This document shows positions 49,228 through 59,345 of a stretch of DNA of 64,000 nt, in pieces. A model generated the notes under the pieces. It ran no database searches, was not told where the DNA came from, and worked only from the letters and a program-made list of their open reading frames with translations. The stretch comes from Thermoanaerobaculia bacterium. GTDB lineage: Bacteria; Acidobacteriota; Thermoanaerobaculia; Multivoradales; JAGPDF01. The stretch is taken from positions 1,125-65,124 of the forward strand of contig JAGPDF010000007.1 in assembly GCA_018057705.1 (NCBI GenBank). The letters are read 5' to 3'. Within the stretch, counting starts at the first letter, position 1, and the number at the start of each line of letters is the position of its first letter. The position numbers were made by a program, and so were the translations under genes.

Positions 49228-51414
49228 GTGACTCGATTCCGCTCGCGCCGCGCGCTGCAGGCTGCTGCCGCCCTCCCGCTCCTCCTGACACTCGGTGTCT
49301 CGATGCTCCGGGCCCTCCCTGCCGACAGTGCCGGCGGCCCGCGGGCGGTCGTGCTCGGATTCGACGGCGCCGACGCCAAGCTCACCGAACAGTGGATGAA
49401 CGAAGGGAAGCTCCCCAACCTCGCGCGCCTGCGTGAACAGGGGACCTTCTCGCCGCTGCGCTCGACGATCCCCTCGCAGACGCCGGTCTCCTGGTCCACC
49501 TTTTCGACGGGTCTGAATCCCGGCCGGACGTCGATCTTCGATTTCCTGAAGCGCGACACCACGACCTACCGCCCGAGTTTCGCGGCGTTCGACGAGTCGT
49601 CGAAGCCGTTCCTGTTCGGCGCCAGCAACGGCCCGGCGGTCGGCGCTCTGGCGGCGGCCGCGATCTTCCTCGTCCTGCTGCTGCTCCTCAAGCTGTTTCG
49701 CGTCCGCCTGAAAGCCGCAGCTCTCGTCGCGGCGCTGTTCGCGGTCGCCGCTGGCGCCGGCGGATTCTGGGTGGGCAGCACGCTCCTGCCCGAGAAGGTT
49801 CCGTCGGTCATCAACCGGCGCCAGGGAGATCCGTTCTGGAAGGTCCTGGGCGACGCCGGCAAGCACGTGCGCGTGATGCGCATGCCGGTGACCTTTCCGC
49901 CGGAGCCGTTCCCGCACGGCGAGATGCTCTCCGGCCTCGGCACGCCCGACCTTTCGGGCCGGATCGGGAAGCCCTTTTACTTCACCTCCGAGCTTTTCTT
50001 TCAGCCGCGCGGCGGCAACGAGGTGTCGATCGAGATCGTCGAGCTCGAGGACAACAAGGGGACGCTCGCGACCGAGATCAAGGGCCCGCCGAACAAGCTC
50101 TTCCCCAAGCAGTCGGACTACATCCGGATTCCGATGACGATCGATGTCGCGGCCGACAAGTCGAAGGTCGACATCGCGGTATCGAACGCCCGGCTCGCGC
50201 TCAAGCCGGGAGAGTGGAGTCCGTGGGTGCGCTTCGTCTTTCCCTTCAACTCGCTGATCAAGGTCTCCGGGATCGGTCGCTTCCGGGTGCTTGCGATCGA
50301 GCCCGAAGTGCGGATCTACCTCTCGCCGATCCAGTTCGACCCCTCCGACCTGCCGGCGATCTTCGACGTCACGGCGCCGCGCGCTTTCGCGGGCGAGCTC
50401 GCGTCGCGCTTCGGGCTGTTCAAGACGATCGGCTGGATGATCGACACCTGGTCGATCAAGGGCGGCACCATCGACGACAAGGTCTTCCACGAGGATACGG
50501 ATTTCACCGTCGTCGAGGAGGAGAAGATCCTCGCCGGGCTGCTCGAGGACGATTGGGACGTCTACTTCCACTACTTCGAGTTCACCGACCGGGTGCAGCA
50601 CGTCATGTGGCACCACACCGATCCGCAGCATCCGCTCTACACGGCGGAGGGCAATGCGAGGTACGGTGATTCGATCCTCAAGTCCTACCAGCAGATGGAC
50701 CGAATCGTGGGCAAAGTGATGGAGAAGGTCGCGACGATGCCGGCCGGGACGACGCTTCTCATCGCTTCGGACCACGGTTTCGCCCCCTGGCGACGGACGA
50801 TGAACTACAACACCTGGCTCGCCACCGAGGGCTATCTCGTGCTCAAGGGCTCGACCGGCCAGCAGGCGAATCTCGAGGATCTGTTCGACCAGGGCCAGTT
50901 CTTCCAGGACGTCGACTGGTCGAAGACGCGCGCCTATGCCATGGGGCTCGGCAACGTCTACATCAACCTGAAGGGCCGGGAAGGCCAAGGCATCGTCAAT
51001 CCGGGTGCCGAGTACGAGGCGCTCACCGCCGAGATCCGCGCCAAGCTCCCACAGTACGTCGACCCGCAGAACGGCGAGCATCCGGTGGCCTACGTCTTCA
51101 CCCGCGACGAGGCCTACGGCACCTACGACCCGGCGCTCATTCCGGACCTCTTCCCGTCGAACGCCTCGGGCTACCGGGTCGGCTGGCAGGACTCCCTCGG
51201 CATCGTCGCCAAGTCGATCGTCGAGCCGAATCTCGACGTCTGGAGCGCCGATCACTGCTCGGTCTACCCGCCGCTGGTGGACGGCATCCTGTTCGCGAAC
51301 CGCAAGCTCGACCTGTCGCAGAAGCCGTACATGGCCGACATCATGCCGACCCTGCTCGCGATCTACGACGTGCCGCCAACAGTGGAGCTCGACGGCAGGA
51401 GTCTCGTCCCCTGA
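49228..51414 (+). CDS. Membrane-anchored alkaline-phosphatase-superfamily (type I phosphodiesterase/nucleotide pyrophosphatase-like) protein with two TM helices inserted inside the catalytic domain.
   Basis: AVVLGFDGADAK...TPVSWSTFSTGLNPGRTSIFDF core; internal hydrophobic pair AAAIFLVLLLLLKLF...AALVAALFAVAAG. Start chosen at the GTG at 49228 after AAAGGAG; the ATG at 49177 is the alternative. Confidence 0.65.
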   Translation: MTRFRSRRALQAAAALPLLLTLGVSMLRALPADSAGGPRAVVLGFDGADAKLTEQWMNEGKLPNLARLREQGTFSPLRSTIPSQTPVSWSTFSTGLNPGRTSIFDFLKRDTTTYRPSFAAFDESSKPFLFGASNGPAVGALAAAAIFLVLLLLLKLFRVRLKAAALVAALFAVAAGAGGFWVGSTLLPEKVPSVINRRQGDPFWKVLGDAGKHVRVMRMPVTFPPEPFPHGEMLSGLGTPDLSGRIGKPFYFTSELFFQPRGGNEVSIEIVELEDNKGTLATEIKGPPNKLFPKQSDYIRIPMTIDVAADKSKVDIAVSNARLALKPGEWSPWVRFVFPFNSLIKVSGIGRFRVLAIEPEVRIYLSPIQFDPSDLPAIFDVTAPRAFAGELASRFGLFKTIGWMIDTWSIKGGTIDDKVFHEDTDFTVVEEEKILAGLLEDDWDVYFHYFEFTDRVQHVMWHHTDPQHPLYTAEGNARYGDSILKSYQQMDRIVGKVMEKVATMPAGTTLLIASDHGFAPWRRTMNYNTWLATEGYLVLKGSTGQQANLEDLFDQGQFFQDVDWSKTRAYAMGLGNVYINLKGREGQGIVNPGAEYEALTAEIRAKLPQYVDPQNGEHPVAYVFTRDEAYGTYDPALIPDLFPSNASGYRVGWQDSLGIVAKSIVEPNLDVWSADHCSVYPPLVDGILFANRKLDLSQKPYMADIMPTLLAIYDVPPTVELDGRSLVP

Positions 51415-51455
51415 GAGAGCCAGGCCGGCCAGGGTCGCTGGAGCCCCCGAGGTAG

Positions 51456-52577
51456 ATGAGGAGGCTCACCGCGCTTCTCGCCCTGGCGCTGCTCTCGGCC
51501 GGTGTGGTGGAACTGGCGGCCCAGACCTCGCCTTCGTCACGTGAGCAGGAGCTGGAGGCGATCCGCGGCGAGATCGCCCGGCTGACCGCCCGGCTCGAGT
51601 CGGTGAAACAATCGGCGGCGGGCATCGCCGGTGAGCTCGACCGGCTCGAGCTCGAGCTCGAGCTGCAGTCGCAGAAAGTGGCCGAGGCGGAGTCGGCGAA
51701 GGCGATCGCCGAGGAGCGCGCCGCCGCTTCCGAGGTGGCGATCGCCGACCTCGAACGCCGCCTGGCCGAGGAGCGCCAGCGGCTGCGCCAGCGGCTCACC
51801 GGTCTCTACCGGATGGGTCGCCATGGATATATCCGGATGCTGCTCTCCCTCGCTCCCGGCGAGGCACTCCTGCCGGCGGTCCGGGCGCTGCGCTTTCTAG
51901 CGCGCCGGGATGCGGCGACGGTAGCGAGCTTCGAGGAGATCGCGGCGCGGCTCGCGGTCGAGAATCGCGAGCTCGAGGCCGAGCGAGAAGTGGCCCGAGG
52001 CTGGTTCGCGCGCGAGAACGACCGCCGCAACCAGTTGGTCGCGCTCGAGCGCCGCAAGGAGCAGATGCTCGCCGGGACGCGCCGGGAGAGCGAGCAGATC
52101 ACGAGCGCCGCGCTCGAGCTGGGCGAGCGCGCGCGCAAGCTCTCGGCCCTCCTCGACGCCCTCTACGGCCGCAGCGACCCGGGGCTCGGAGGGCTGCCGA
52201 TCCGGGATTTCCGCGGCCTGCTCGACTGGCCGGTCGAAGGCCGGGTGTCGGCGGAGTTCGGGCCTCGGGTCGACCCCCGGTACGGTACCCGCGTGCCGCA
52301 CAACGGCCTCGACCTCGAGACCGTCCCGGGCAGCGAAGTCCGTGCCGTCTATCCCGGGAAGGTCCTCTTCGCGGCGCCGTTCGAGGGCCTCGGGCAGATG
52401 GTCGTCGTGCAGCACGCGGGCCGCGTCTTCACGCTCTACGCCGGCCTCTCCGAGCTCCGGGTGCGCAAGGACGATGTCCTGCCCCTGCATTCGATCGTCG
52501 GCCGCGCCGGCAGCTCGCTCTACTTCGAGATCCGCGTCGACAAGAACCCGGAGAATCCGCGGGGCTGGCTGCGCTAG
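51456..52577 (+). CDS. envC: Murein hydrolase activator EnvC-like (coiled coil plus M23/LytM domain).
   Basis: Signal peptide; long coiled coil (LEAIRGEIARLTARLESVKQ...); C-terminal LytM fold (GLDLETVPGSEVRAVYPGKVLFA...LYFEIRVDKNPENPRGWL). Confidence 0.75.
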   Translation: MRRLTALLALALLSAGVVELAAQTSPSSREQELEAIRGEIARLTARLESVKQSAAGIAGELDRLELELELQSQKVAEAESAKAIAEERAAASEVAIADLERRLAEERQRLRQRLTGLYRMGRHGYIRMLLSLAPGEALLPAVRALRFLARRDAATVASFEEIAARLAVENRELEAEREVARGWFARENDRRNQLVALERRKEQMLAGTRRESEQITSAALELGERARKLSALLDALYGRSDPGLGGLPIRDFRGLLDWPVEGRVSAEFGPRVDPRYGTRVPHNGLDLETVPGSEVRAVYPGKVLFAAPFEGLGQMVVVQHAGRVFTLYAGLSELRVRKDDVLPLHSIVGRAGSSLYFEIRVDKNPENPRGWLR

Positions 52578-52635
52578 TGGCGCCACGGCAGCCCCCTGTT
52601 CGCCGCCGCTGCATCCGAACCCGCCGCCGGATAAG

Positions 52636-53880
52636 ATGTCCCCGATGAATCGTTCCGTTCCGCCCTCGCCCTCCGACCCGCCGGCTCGCGATCCGAACCG
52701 TTCGCGGCGGCGCTTCCTCGCCCTTTCGCTCATCGTGATGCTGCCGCTCGTCGGCGGTGTGCTGTGGAGCGCCGGCGATACCGGCGACAAGGAGCCGGAT
52801 CCCGACTCCCTCTATCGTTATCTCGCGATCTTCTCCGAGACGCTCAATCTGGTGCGCCAGACCTACGTCGAGCCGACCGACATCTCCACCCTCCTGGCCG
52901 GCGCGATGGAGGGTTCGACCGACGCGCTCGATCCCTTCTCGATCTACCTGCCGTCAGCTGTGCCGGCCGCCGGGGAGGGCGACCTCCTGCCCGGAGCCCG
53001 TCATGCAGGCCTCGTGGTCCTGAAGGACCGTGGGGTCGCCTACGTCGCCGGCGTGGAGGAAGGCAGCCCCGCGGTCGCTGCCGGAGTCGAGGGCGGCGAC
53101 ATCCTGTCGCGCATCGGCGGTCGGCCGACGCGGCAGATGCCGGTCTGGGAGATCAACCGCGAGCTCGTTCCCAAAGACGGCCGCGACCTCGAGCTCGAAG
53201 TCGTGCGGCGCGGCGAGACCAAGACGCTCCAGCTGAAGCTCGCGGAGTCCGTCCCGCCGGCGCCCTCGCTCGCTCCGGTCCAGGGGTATCCGCTGCTGCG
53301 GATTCCGCGCATCGACGGCGCTGCTGTCGATGCGGTGCGGGCTCTGCTTCAGCGGGCCAGCGCCGAAGGCACGACGAAGCTCATGCTCGACCTGCGCGGC
53401 ATCTCGGGCGGCGAACCGGAAGCCGCCTACGCGCTCGCCGGACTCCTCGCGGAGGGCGAGCTGGGAACGCTGCGCGTCAAGGAGAAGGTCGGCCGGAGCT
53501 TCACCGGAACCGCCGCTGCGGGCTGGGCGGGCGAGGTGATCCTGCTCGTCGACGGCTACTCGTCGGGTGCTGCCGAGATTCTCGCCGCCGTCCTGCAGCA
53601 GAAAAAGGGCGCCAAGCTGGTCGGCGTGCCGACTTTCGGCTGGGCCGGCGAACGCTCGCGGATCGAGCTCGAAGGCGGAGCGCGCCTGTATCTGACCACC
53701 GCCTTCTTTGCCGGACCGGATGGCAAGCCGCTCTCGGAGCGTCTGACGCCCGACCTGCTGGTCGACGACATCATCCGCCGATTCGAGGAGCGCGAGCGGC
53801 CGCTCTCGGAACTGATCCTCGAGCGCGCGATCCGCTATCTGAACGGTGAGCCGGAGCTTGTCGAGAAGAAAGCCGCCTAA
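52636..53880 (+). CDS. ctpA: Carboxyl-terminal processing protease (S41, CtpA/Prc family) with a PDZ domain.
   Basis: N-terminal TM/signal; PDZ (GLVVLKDRGVAYVAGVEEGSPAVAAGVEGGDILSRIGG); S41 core (...ILLVDGYSSGAAEILAAVLQ...). Confidence 0.8.
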   Translation: MSPMNRSVPPSPSDPPARDPNRSRRRFLALSLIVMLPLVGGVLWSAGDTGDKEPDPDSLYRYLAIFSETLNLVRQTYVEPTDISTLLAGAMEGSTDALDPFSIYLPSAVPAAGEGDLLPGARHAGLVVLKDRGVAYVAGVEEGSPAVAAGVEGGDILSRIGGRPTRQMPVWEINRELVPKDGRDLELEVVRRGETKTLQLKLAESVPPAPSLAPVQGYPLLRIPRIDGAAVDAVRALLQRASAEGTTKLMLDLRGISGGEPEAAYALAGLLAEGELGTLRVKEKVGRSFTGTAAAGWAGEVILLVDGYSSGAAEILAAVLQQKKGAKLVGVPTFGWAGERSRIELEGGARLYLTTAFFAGPDGKPLSERLTPDLLVDDIIRRFEERERPLSELILERAIRYLNGEPELVEKKAA

Positions 53881-54979
53881 GGGCGGCCGCAGCGCCGCAC
53901 CTTCCTCCAGAAAGAGTCCGGGTTCCCGGCGCCGCAAGGGCGGTCGCGGCTTCCGGGTCCTTTCGTGGCTCGTTCTGGGAGTCGTCCTGTTCGCTCTGGG
54001 CGTCTACTTCGGCGAACGGGTGGTACAGAGGTTCGCCGCCTGGAGGACTCCAAAGCCCTATTCGGCAGCGGCCGCCCGCAAGCCGACTCCGGCGAGCCCT
54101 GCCGCACGGTCGCGTGTCGAGGCCAAAGCGCCACGCGGCGCGGACCCCCGACCGACCGCGGCCGCCCCGACTGCCTCTGGAGCCACGGGCGACGGTGCCG
54201 GGTTGCCCGCTGTCACCGGACAGCGGGATCCAACGGCGTCAACGACTCCGACGGACCCGACGGCTGCGCTCGCTCCGATCGCTCCGCCGCCGCCGAAAGC
54301 CCGGGTGGCGATCGTCATCGACGACCTCGGGCGCGACGTCGCGGTGATCGAGAGGCTGGCGACGATGGCGCCAGGCGCGGAGCTCTCGTACGCGGTGCTG
54401 CCGTTCGAATCGCGCACTTCGGAGGTCGTCGAGGCGCTACGCCGCCACGGCGCCGAGGTGCTGCTGCATCTGCCGATGGACCCGGAGGGCGAAGCCGATC
54501 CCGGACCCGGAGCGCTCTCCACGGCGATGTCGAAGCGCGAGCTCGCCGCGGCGACCGCGGCGGCGCTCGCCGCCGTGCCTGGAGCGGTCGGCGTCAACAA
54601 TCACATGGGATCGAAGCTCACCGCCGATCGCGCGGCGATGGCCGCCATCCTGGGTGAGCTCCGGCGCGAGAACCGCTACTTCCTCGACTCGCGGACGGCG
54701 GCCGGGAGCGTCGGCTTCGAAGTCGCGCGCGAGCTCGGCCTGCCGGCTGCGAACCGCGACCTCTTCCTCGACGACGATCCCGAACCGGGAGCTATCGCAG
54801 CGCAGTTCGCGCTGCTTCTCGCCCGCGCTCGCGAGCAGGGCGCGGCGATCGCGCTCGCGCATCCGCGGCCGTCGACGCTCGAGGTGCTGGCGGAGCAGAT
54901 CCCGCAGGCCATCGCTGCGGGCATCGAGTTCGTGCCGGTCTCCTACCTGCTCGAACGGAGCGAGGAGCTTCCGGAGTAG
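53846..54979 (+). CDS. yibQ: Divergent polysaccharide deacetylase family protein (YibQ-like).
   Basis: N-terminal TM then ...VAIVIDDLG...ELSYAVLPF...LLHLPMD...VGVNNHMGSKLT, the YibQ/DUF610 signature. GTG start overlapping the ctpA 3' end; exact start uncertain. Confidence 0.65.
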   Translation: MSRSLSRRKPPKGGRSAAPSSRKSPGSRRRKGGRGFRVLSWLVLGVVLFALGVYFGERVVQRFAAWRTPKPYSAAAARKPTPASPAARSRVEAKAPRGADPRPTAAAPTASGATGDGAGLPAVTGQRDPTASTTPTDPTAALAPIAPPPPKARVAIVIDDLGRDVAVIERLATMAPGAELSYAVLPFESRTSEVVEALRRHGAEVLLHLPMDPEGEADPGPGALSTAMSKRELAAATAAALAAVPGAVGVNNHMGSKLTADRAAMAAILGELRRENRYFLDSRTAAGSVGFEVARELGLPAANRDLFLDDDPEPGAIAAQFALLLARAREQGAAIALAHPRPSTLEVLAEQIPQAIAAGIEFVPVSYLLERSEELPE

Positions 54980-55008
54980 CGAAGGCGCGCGCAGCGCGGT
55001 AGCCGATC

Positions 55009-57603
55009 TCAAGAGGCGCGCAGCGCCTCTATGGGCCTCTGCGCAAGCGGGCGGGCGCTGGCGGCGAGGCCGGCGGCGGCGGCGAAGAGGCCGGCGAGGG
55101 CGATCGCCACGAGCGGCGGTACGACGTCGAGGTGGAACGCAATCTCCATCCCTTTTTCGAGCACGACGGCGGCGAGGATCGTTCCGGCGACGGCGCCGAT
55201 GGTGCCGGCGAGGAGGCCGACGATCGCCGACTCGGTAGCGAAGAGCGCCGCGACCTGCAGCCGGGTCATGCCCAGCGCCTTGCCGAGGGCGGCCTCGCGC
55301 CCGCGCTGCGCGGCACCGGCCGCAACCGCCCCGGCGAGGATCGCGAGGCCGGCGAGCAACGTGAAGCCGCCGAGAAAACGCACACCCAGAGCGATGCGCT
55401 CGAGCACCGCGCCGACTTTCTCGAGCACCTCGCGGATCGCGAAGACGGTGACGTTCGGCGTCGTCGCGGCGAGGGCGTCCTGCAGGCGCTGCTCGCCTCC
55501 GGCCGGCAGCCGGACCGAGGCGATGCGCATCTGCGGCGCCCGGTCGAGCACGCCGGGCTCGACCACCCAGAAGAAGTTGATGCCGAAGCTCTCCCAGTGC
55601 ACCTTGCGAAGGCTCGTCACGGTCAGCGATACGGGCACTCCCTGGACGTCGAAGACGACTTTGGAACCGATCCGGAGTCCCAGGTCGCGCGCGTACTCCT
55701 CCTCGACGCTCAACTCGTCCACGCCCGGCGTCCCCCAGAGCGTGCCTTCGAGCAGCGTATTGTCGGCCGGCAGCCGCTCGAGGAAGGTGAGACGCTGCTC
55801 GCGGGTGAGAGCCCAGCGCCCGCGCTGCCCGCGCTCTTCATCGCCGTCGTCGGCCGCCTTGGCGGCGTCCGCGCGCTTCTGCTCGCGGGCAGCGGCGAGG
55901 GCGGCGACGGGCTCGCCGTCGATCTCCGCGAGGCGCGCCATGACCAACGGCACGGAGTCGACCGAGGTGGCGCCCGCGCGGTCGATCTCGGCGCGCACTC
56001 CCGCCCATTGGTCGGGCTGGATGTCGATCAGGAAGGCGGTCGGCGCGTTCGTCGGGAGATCCCCCCGCAAACGGGTCGTGAGACCGGTTTCGACGGTGCG
56101 CATTCCGACCACGACCATCGCCCCCAGCCCGAGGGCCACGACGCTCGCGACGGTCGGTGCCCCTGGGCGGCCGAGCGCGGCGAGACCGTAGCGCAGCGGC
56201 AGCGGCAGAGCGAGGCGCGGCAGCCGGTGCACGAGGAGAATGAGCCCGCGCGCGCCCAGCGCCAGGACGAGGGCGGTGGCCGCGAGGCCGCCGGCGAAGG
56301 CCGCACCCAGGGCGAGAGACCGGGCCTGCACCGCGGCGACTGCGGTCAGCCCGGCGAGCAGGAGAACGCCGGTCGCCGCCAGCACCAGGCGTGACGGCGG
56401 CAAGGGCTCGACCTCGCGGCGGAGCACGCGGGCCGCGGGCACTGCGAGGGCAGCGAGCAGCGGTGGCAGCGCGAAGAGCAGCGCGATACCCAACCCCAGA
56501 CCGAGGCCGCGCAGCGCGGCGAGCGGCTGGAACTCGATCTGCGGCAGCACCGGCAGGAGCGACCCCGCGAGGCTGGGCACGAGGCGCTCGAGTCCGAGTC
56601 CGAGGAGAACGCCAGCAAGGCTTCCGGCGGTCGCGAGCAGCACGGTCTGGCCGAGGTAGATCGCCAGGATCTCCAGCGGCCGCGCGCCCAGGGCCTTGAA
56701 GACCGCAATCGAATCGAGGCGGCTGGCGAGCCAGGCGCGGACGGTCTGCGCGACGCCGACGCCGCCCACCACCAGCGAGAGCAGGGCGACGAGCCCGAGG
56801 AAGCGCTCGGTCCGGTCGACGCCGCGGCGCATTTCGGGCTGGCCTTCGGCGGAGGTCTCGATGCGATAGAAGGCTGGGTCCCCCAGCGCGCTGCGCAACT
56901 CGGCGGCGTAGGTTTCGACCCCTGTGGCCGGCGTGCCCTCGGGCAGTTTCAGCAGCAGCCGGTGGGTGACCCGGCTGCCCAGGGCGACGAGGCCGGTCGA
57001 GCGCAGGCTTTCGCCGGAGAGAAAGAGGCGCGGCCCGAGAGTGAAGGCGTTGCCGAGCCGGTCGGGCTCGCCGAGCACCGTGCCGCGCAGTGTGAAGCGC
57101 TTGCCGCCGATCGCGATCGGGTCGCCGATCCGCAGGCCGAGCCGCGCCAGCGCCTCGGGCGCGATGACGACCCCGCCGTCGGCCAGGAGCTCCGAGAGTG
57201 GGCGTTCGGGAGAGAGGGTGAGCTTGCCGTAGAAAGGGAACTCGCCGTCCACCGCCTTGAGCTCGACGAGTTGGCTTCGGCCCGCGCCGGCACTGCCCGC
57301 GGGTGCCGCGGCGACGGTGACCATCTCGGTGATCCGGGTCGAACGCACCGCCCGCCAGGCCGGGCCGGCGGCCAGGAGCTCGTCCACTGCCGACGGCACA
57401 GGCTTCTGGCCGCGGACACGCAGGTCGGCGGCGAGCAGCTGTCGCGCTTCGCGCGCCAGGGTCGCGCGCAGGCTGGAGGAGAAGCCGGCGACCGCGACGA
57501 CCGCGCCGACCCCGACGGCGAGGCAGAGGATGAAGAACGTCACCCGGCCGCGGGCGCCGCGCGCTTCGCGCCCGATCTGGCGGAGGAGGGTTCCGGCGGT
57601 CAT
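55009..57603 (-). CDS. ybbP: ABC transporter permease with two FtsX domains (YbbP-like).
   Basis: 864 aa; two 4-TM FtsX-like modules separated by large periplasmic domains. Confidence 0.8.
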   Translation of the reverse strand: MTAGTLLRQIGREARGARGRVTFFILCLAVGVGAVVAVAGFSSSLRATLAREARQLLAADLRVRGQKPVPSAVDELLAAGPAWRAVRSTRITEMVTVAAAPAGSAGAGRSQLVELKAVDGEFPFYGKLTLSPERPLSELLADGGVVIAPEALARLGLRIGDPIAIGGKRFTLRGTVLGEPDRLGNAFTLGPRLFLSGESLRSTGLVALGSRVTHRLLLKLPEGTPATGVETYAAELRSALGDPAFYRIETSAEGQPEMRRGVDRTERFLGLVALLSLVVGGVGVAQTVRAWLASRLDSIAVFKALGARPLEILAIYLGQTVLLATAGSLAGVLLGLGLERLVPSLAGSLLPVLPQIEFQPLAALRGLGLGLGIALLFALPPLLAALAVPAARVLRREVEPLPPSRLVLAATGVLLLAGLTAVAAVQARSLALGAAFAGGLAATALVLALGARGLILLVHRLPRLALPLPLRYGLAALGRPGAPTVASVVALGLGAMVVVGMRTVETGLTTRLRGDLPTNAPTAFLIDIQPDQWAGVRAEIDRAGATSVDSVPLVMARLAEIDGEPVAALAAAREQKRADAAKAADDGDEERGQRGRWALTREQRLTFLERLPADNTLLEGTLWGTPGVDELSVEEEYARDLGLRIGSKVVFDVQGVPVSLTVTSLRKVHWESFGINFFWVVEPGVLDRAPQMRIASVRLPAGGEQRLQDALAATTPNVTVFAIREVLEKVGAVLERIALGVRFLGGFTLLAGLAILAGAVAAGAAQRGREAALGKALGMTRLQVAALFATESAIVGLLAGTIGAVAGTILAAVVLEKGMEIAFHLDVVPPLVAIALAGLFAAAAGLAASARPLAQRPIEALRAS

Positions 57604-57644
57604 TGAGACGAGCTCGGCGCTCTCATCCGAAGGTCATCCGGCGG

Positions 57645-58397
57645 TCAGCCGACACCGGCGGCGTCCGGCCGCGCGTCGATCCGCGGCTCGGGGCGCGACT
57701 CGACGCGCTCGACACGGCCGTCGCGCAGGTAGATCCGCCTGTCGGCGCGCTCGGCGATCGAGGCGTCGTGGGTCACCAGCACGAGTGTGGCGTGAACGTC
57801 GGCGCGCAGCTCGTCGAGCACATCGAGAATGCGGTCGCCGGTGGCGCCGTCGAGGTTGCCGGTCGGCTCGTCGGCGAACAGGATCTGCGGACGCGGCGCG
57901 AAGGCGCGAGCCAGGGCGACGCGCTGCTGCTCGCCGCCGGAAAGCTGGGCGGGATAGTGATGGCCGCGCTCGCCGAGGCCGACGCGATCGAGGAGGGCGC
58001 GCGCGCGGTCGAGCGGCCGCTTCTCGCCTCCGAGCTCGAGCGGCAGGAGGACGTTCTCGAGCGCCGTCATGTTCGACAGCAGCTGGAACGACTGGAAGAC
58101 GAAGCCGATCTTGCGCCGCCGCAGGCGCGCGAGGGCGTCCTCGGAGAGATCCTGGATCGCCGCGCCGTCGATCCAGACTTCGCCGCTCGTCGGCCGGTCG
58201 AGGCCGGCGGCGAGACCGAGGAGCGTCGACTTCCCGCTGCCGGAGGGCCCCAGGATGGCGACGAATTCGCCCGGCGCGACCGCGAGGTCGATGGCGTCCA
58301 GGATGGTCAGCAGCCGGTCGCCCGAGGGCAGCCGCTTGGTCAGTTGGCGGAGCTCGATCGCCGGCGGCATCGGGCTGGTGGGTGTCGTTGGGGTCAT
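57645..58397 (-). CDS. ybbA: ABC transporter ATP-binding protein (YbbA/LolD-like).
   Basis: Walker [10 protein letters not shown], signature [14 protein letters not shown], Walker [13 protein letters not shown]. Confidence 0.85.
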   Translation of the reverse strand: MTPTTPTSPMPPAIELRQLTKRLPSGDRLLTILDAIDLAVAPGEFVAILGPSGSGKSTLLGLAAGLDRPTSGEVWIDGAAIQDLSEDALARLRRRKIGFVFQSFQLLSNMTALENVLLPLELGGEKRPLDRARALLDRVGLGERGHHYPAQLSGGEQQRVALARAFAPRPQILFADEPTGNLDGATGDRILDVLDELRADVHATLVLVTHDASIAERADRRIYLRDGRVERVESRPEPRIDARPDAAGVG

Positions 58398-58447
58398 GTC
58401 CTGGCAACGGAGCAGGTTAGCATGTGGGTGTGGAGACTCCTCCCCTC

Positions 58448-59281
58448 ATGACTACGACGGCGCGGCGCGAAAAGATCTTTCTGGACGAGAAGCTGGGAGC
58501 CGGCAGGAACGACCCGGAGACCGGTCGAAGGAGTGGAGGGTTCGGACGCCATCGCCGGCTCGTGCGAGTGGCGCTGGGGTTGGGGTGGCTCGCGCTCGCC
58601 TCCGGGGTGAGCGGCTGCCGGAACGAGGCCGGGTCCGCTCCGGAGCCCTCCCCGGTGCCGGCGGCGAGCGTCACGGCGGCGCCGGCGCCGGTCGCTGCGG
58701 ATGCCGCCGGTCCGACGGTGGTCTTTCTCGGCGACAGTCTGACGGCGGGGCTGGGACTCGGTGAGGAGGCAGCCTACCCGGCGCTCGTGGGGAAGCTCCT
58801 CGCGGAGCGCGGCCGGCCGGTGCGGATCGTCAACGCAGGAGTCTCGGGGGACACGAGCGCCGGTGGTCTCGCCCGCCTCGACTGGCTGCTGTCGCTGCAA
58901 CCGGATTTTCTCGTGGTCGCGCTCGGTGCCAACGACGGACTGCGCGGCCAGCCGGTGGCATCGATCGAGGCCAACCTGCGGGAGATCGTGCGCCGGGGGA
59001 GCGCCGCCGGGGCGCAGGTGGTGCTCGCCGGCATGAAAATGCCGCCCAACTACGGCCCGGAGTACACGCGCGACTTCGAAGCCGTCTATACGCGCCTGGC
59101 GCGCGAGCTCGACTTGCCGTTCCTCCCTTTCCTGCTCGAGGGCGTCGCGGCCGATCCGCAGCTCAATCAGGAGGACGGCATCCACCCCACGGCCGAGGGG
59201 CAGCGCAGGATCTCGCTGCTCGTCGCCGAGCTTCTGCAGCCACTCGTCGAAAGCCCGTCAGGAGCCGCGACGGCCCCCTGA
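58448..59281 (+). CDS. tesA: SGNH/GDSL hydrolase lipoprotein (TesA-like arylesterase / thioesterase I), divergent from ybbA-ybbP.
   Basis: VVFLGDSLTAG (GDSL block I), GANDGL, and a DGIHPT catalytic-His block. Lipobox SGVSGC. The ATG at 58448 is chosen; the in-frame GTG at 58562 is the alternative. Confidence 0.7.
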   Translation: MTTTARREKIFLDEKLGAGRNDPETGRRSGGFGRHRRLVRVALGLGWLALASGVSGCRNEAGSAPEPSPVPAASVTAAPAPVAADAAGPTVVFLGDSLTAGLGLGEEAAYPALVGKLLAERGRPVRIVNAGVSGDTSAGGLARLDWLLSLQPDFLVVALGANDGLRGQPVASIEANLREIVRRGSAAGAQVVLAGMKMPPNYGPEYTRDFEAVYTRLARELDLPFLPFLLEGVAADPQLNQEDGIHPTAEGQRRISLLVAELLQPLVESPSGAATAP

Positions 59282-59345
59282 GTCCGCGCACGGTGCCGGC
59301 CGCGCGTCGGGTCGAACGTCCCGTCCGCTGCTAGTCTGCGCCGGC

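Noticed and set aside
51456-59281. envC-ctpA-yibQ and tesA/ybbA-ybbP clusters as novel systems.
   Set aside because: These are well-known conserved housekeeping syntenies of Gram-negative bacteria. They are noted only as possible candidates (CtpA) for recognising the C-terminal tag.
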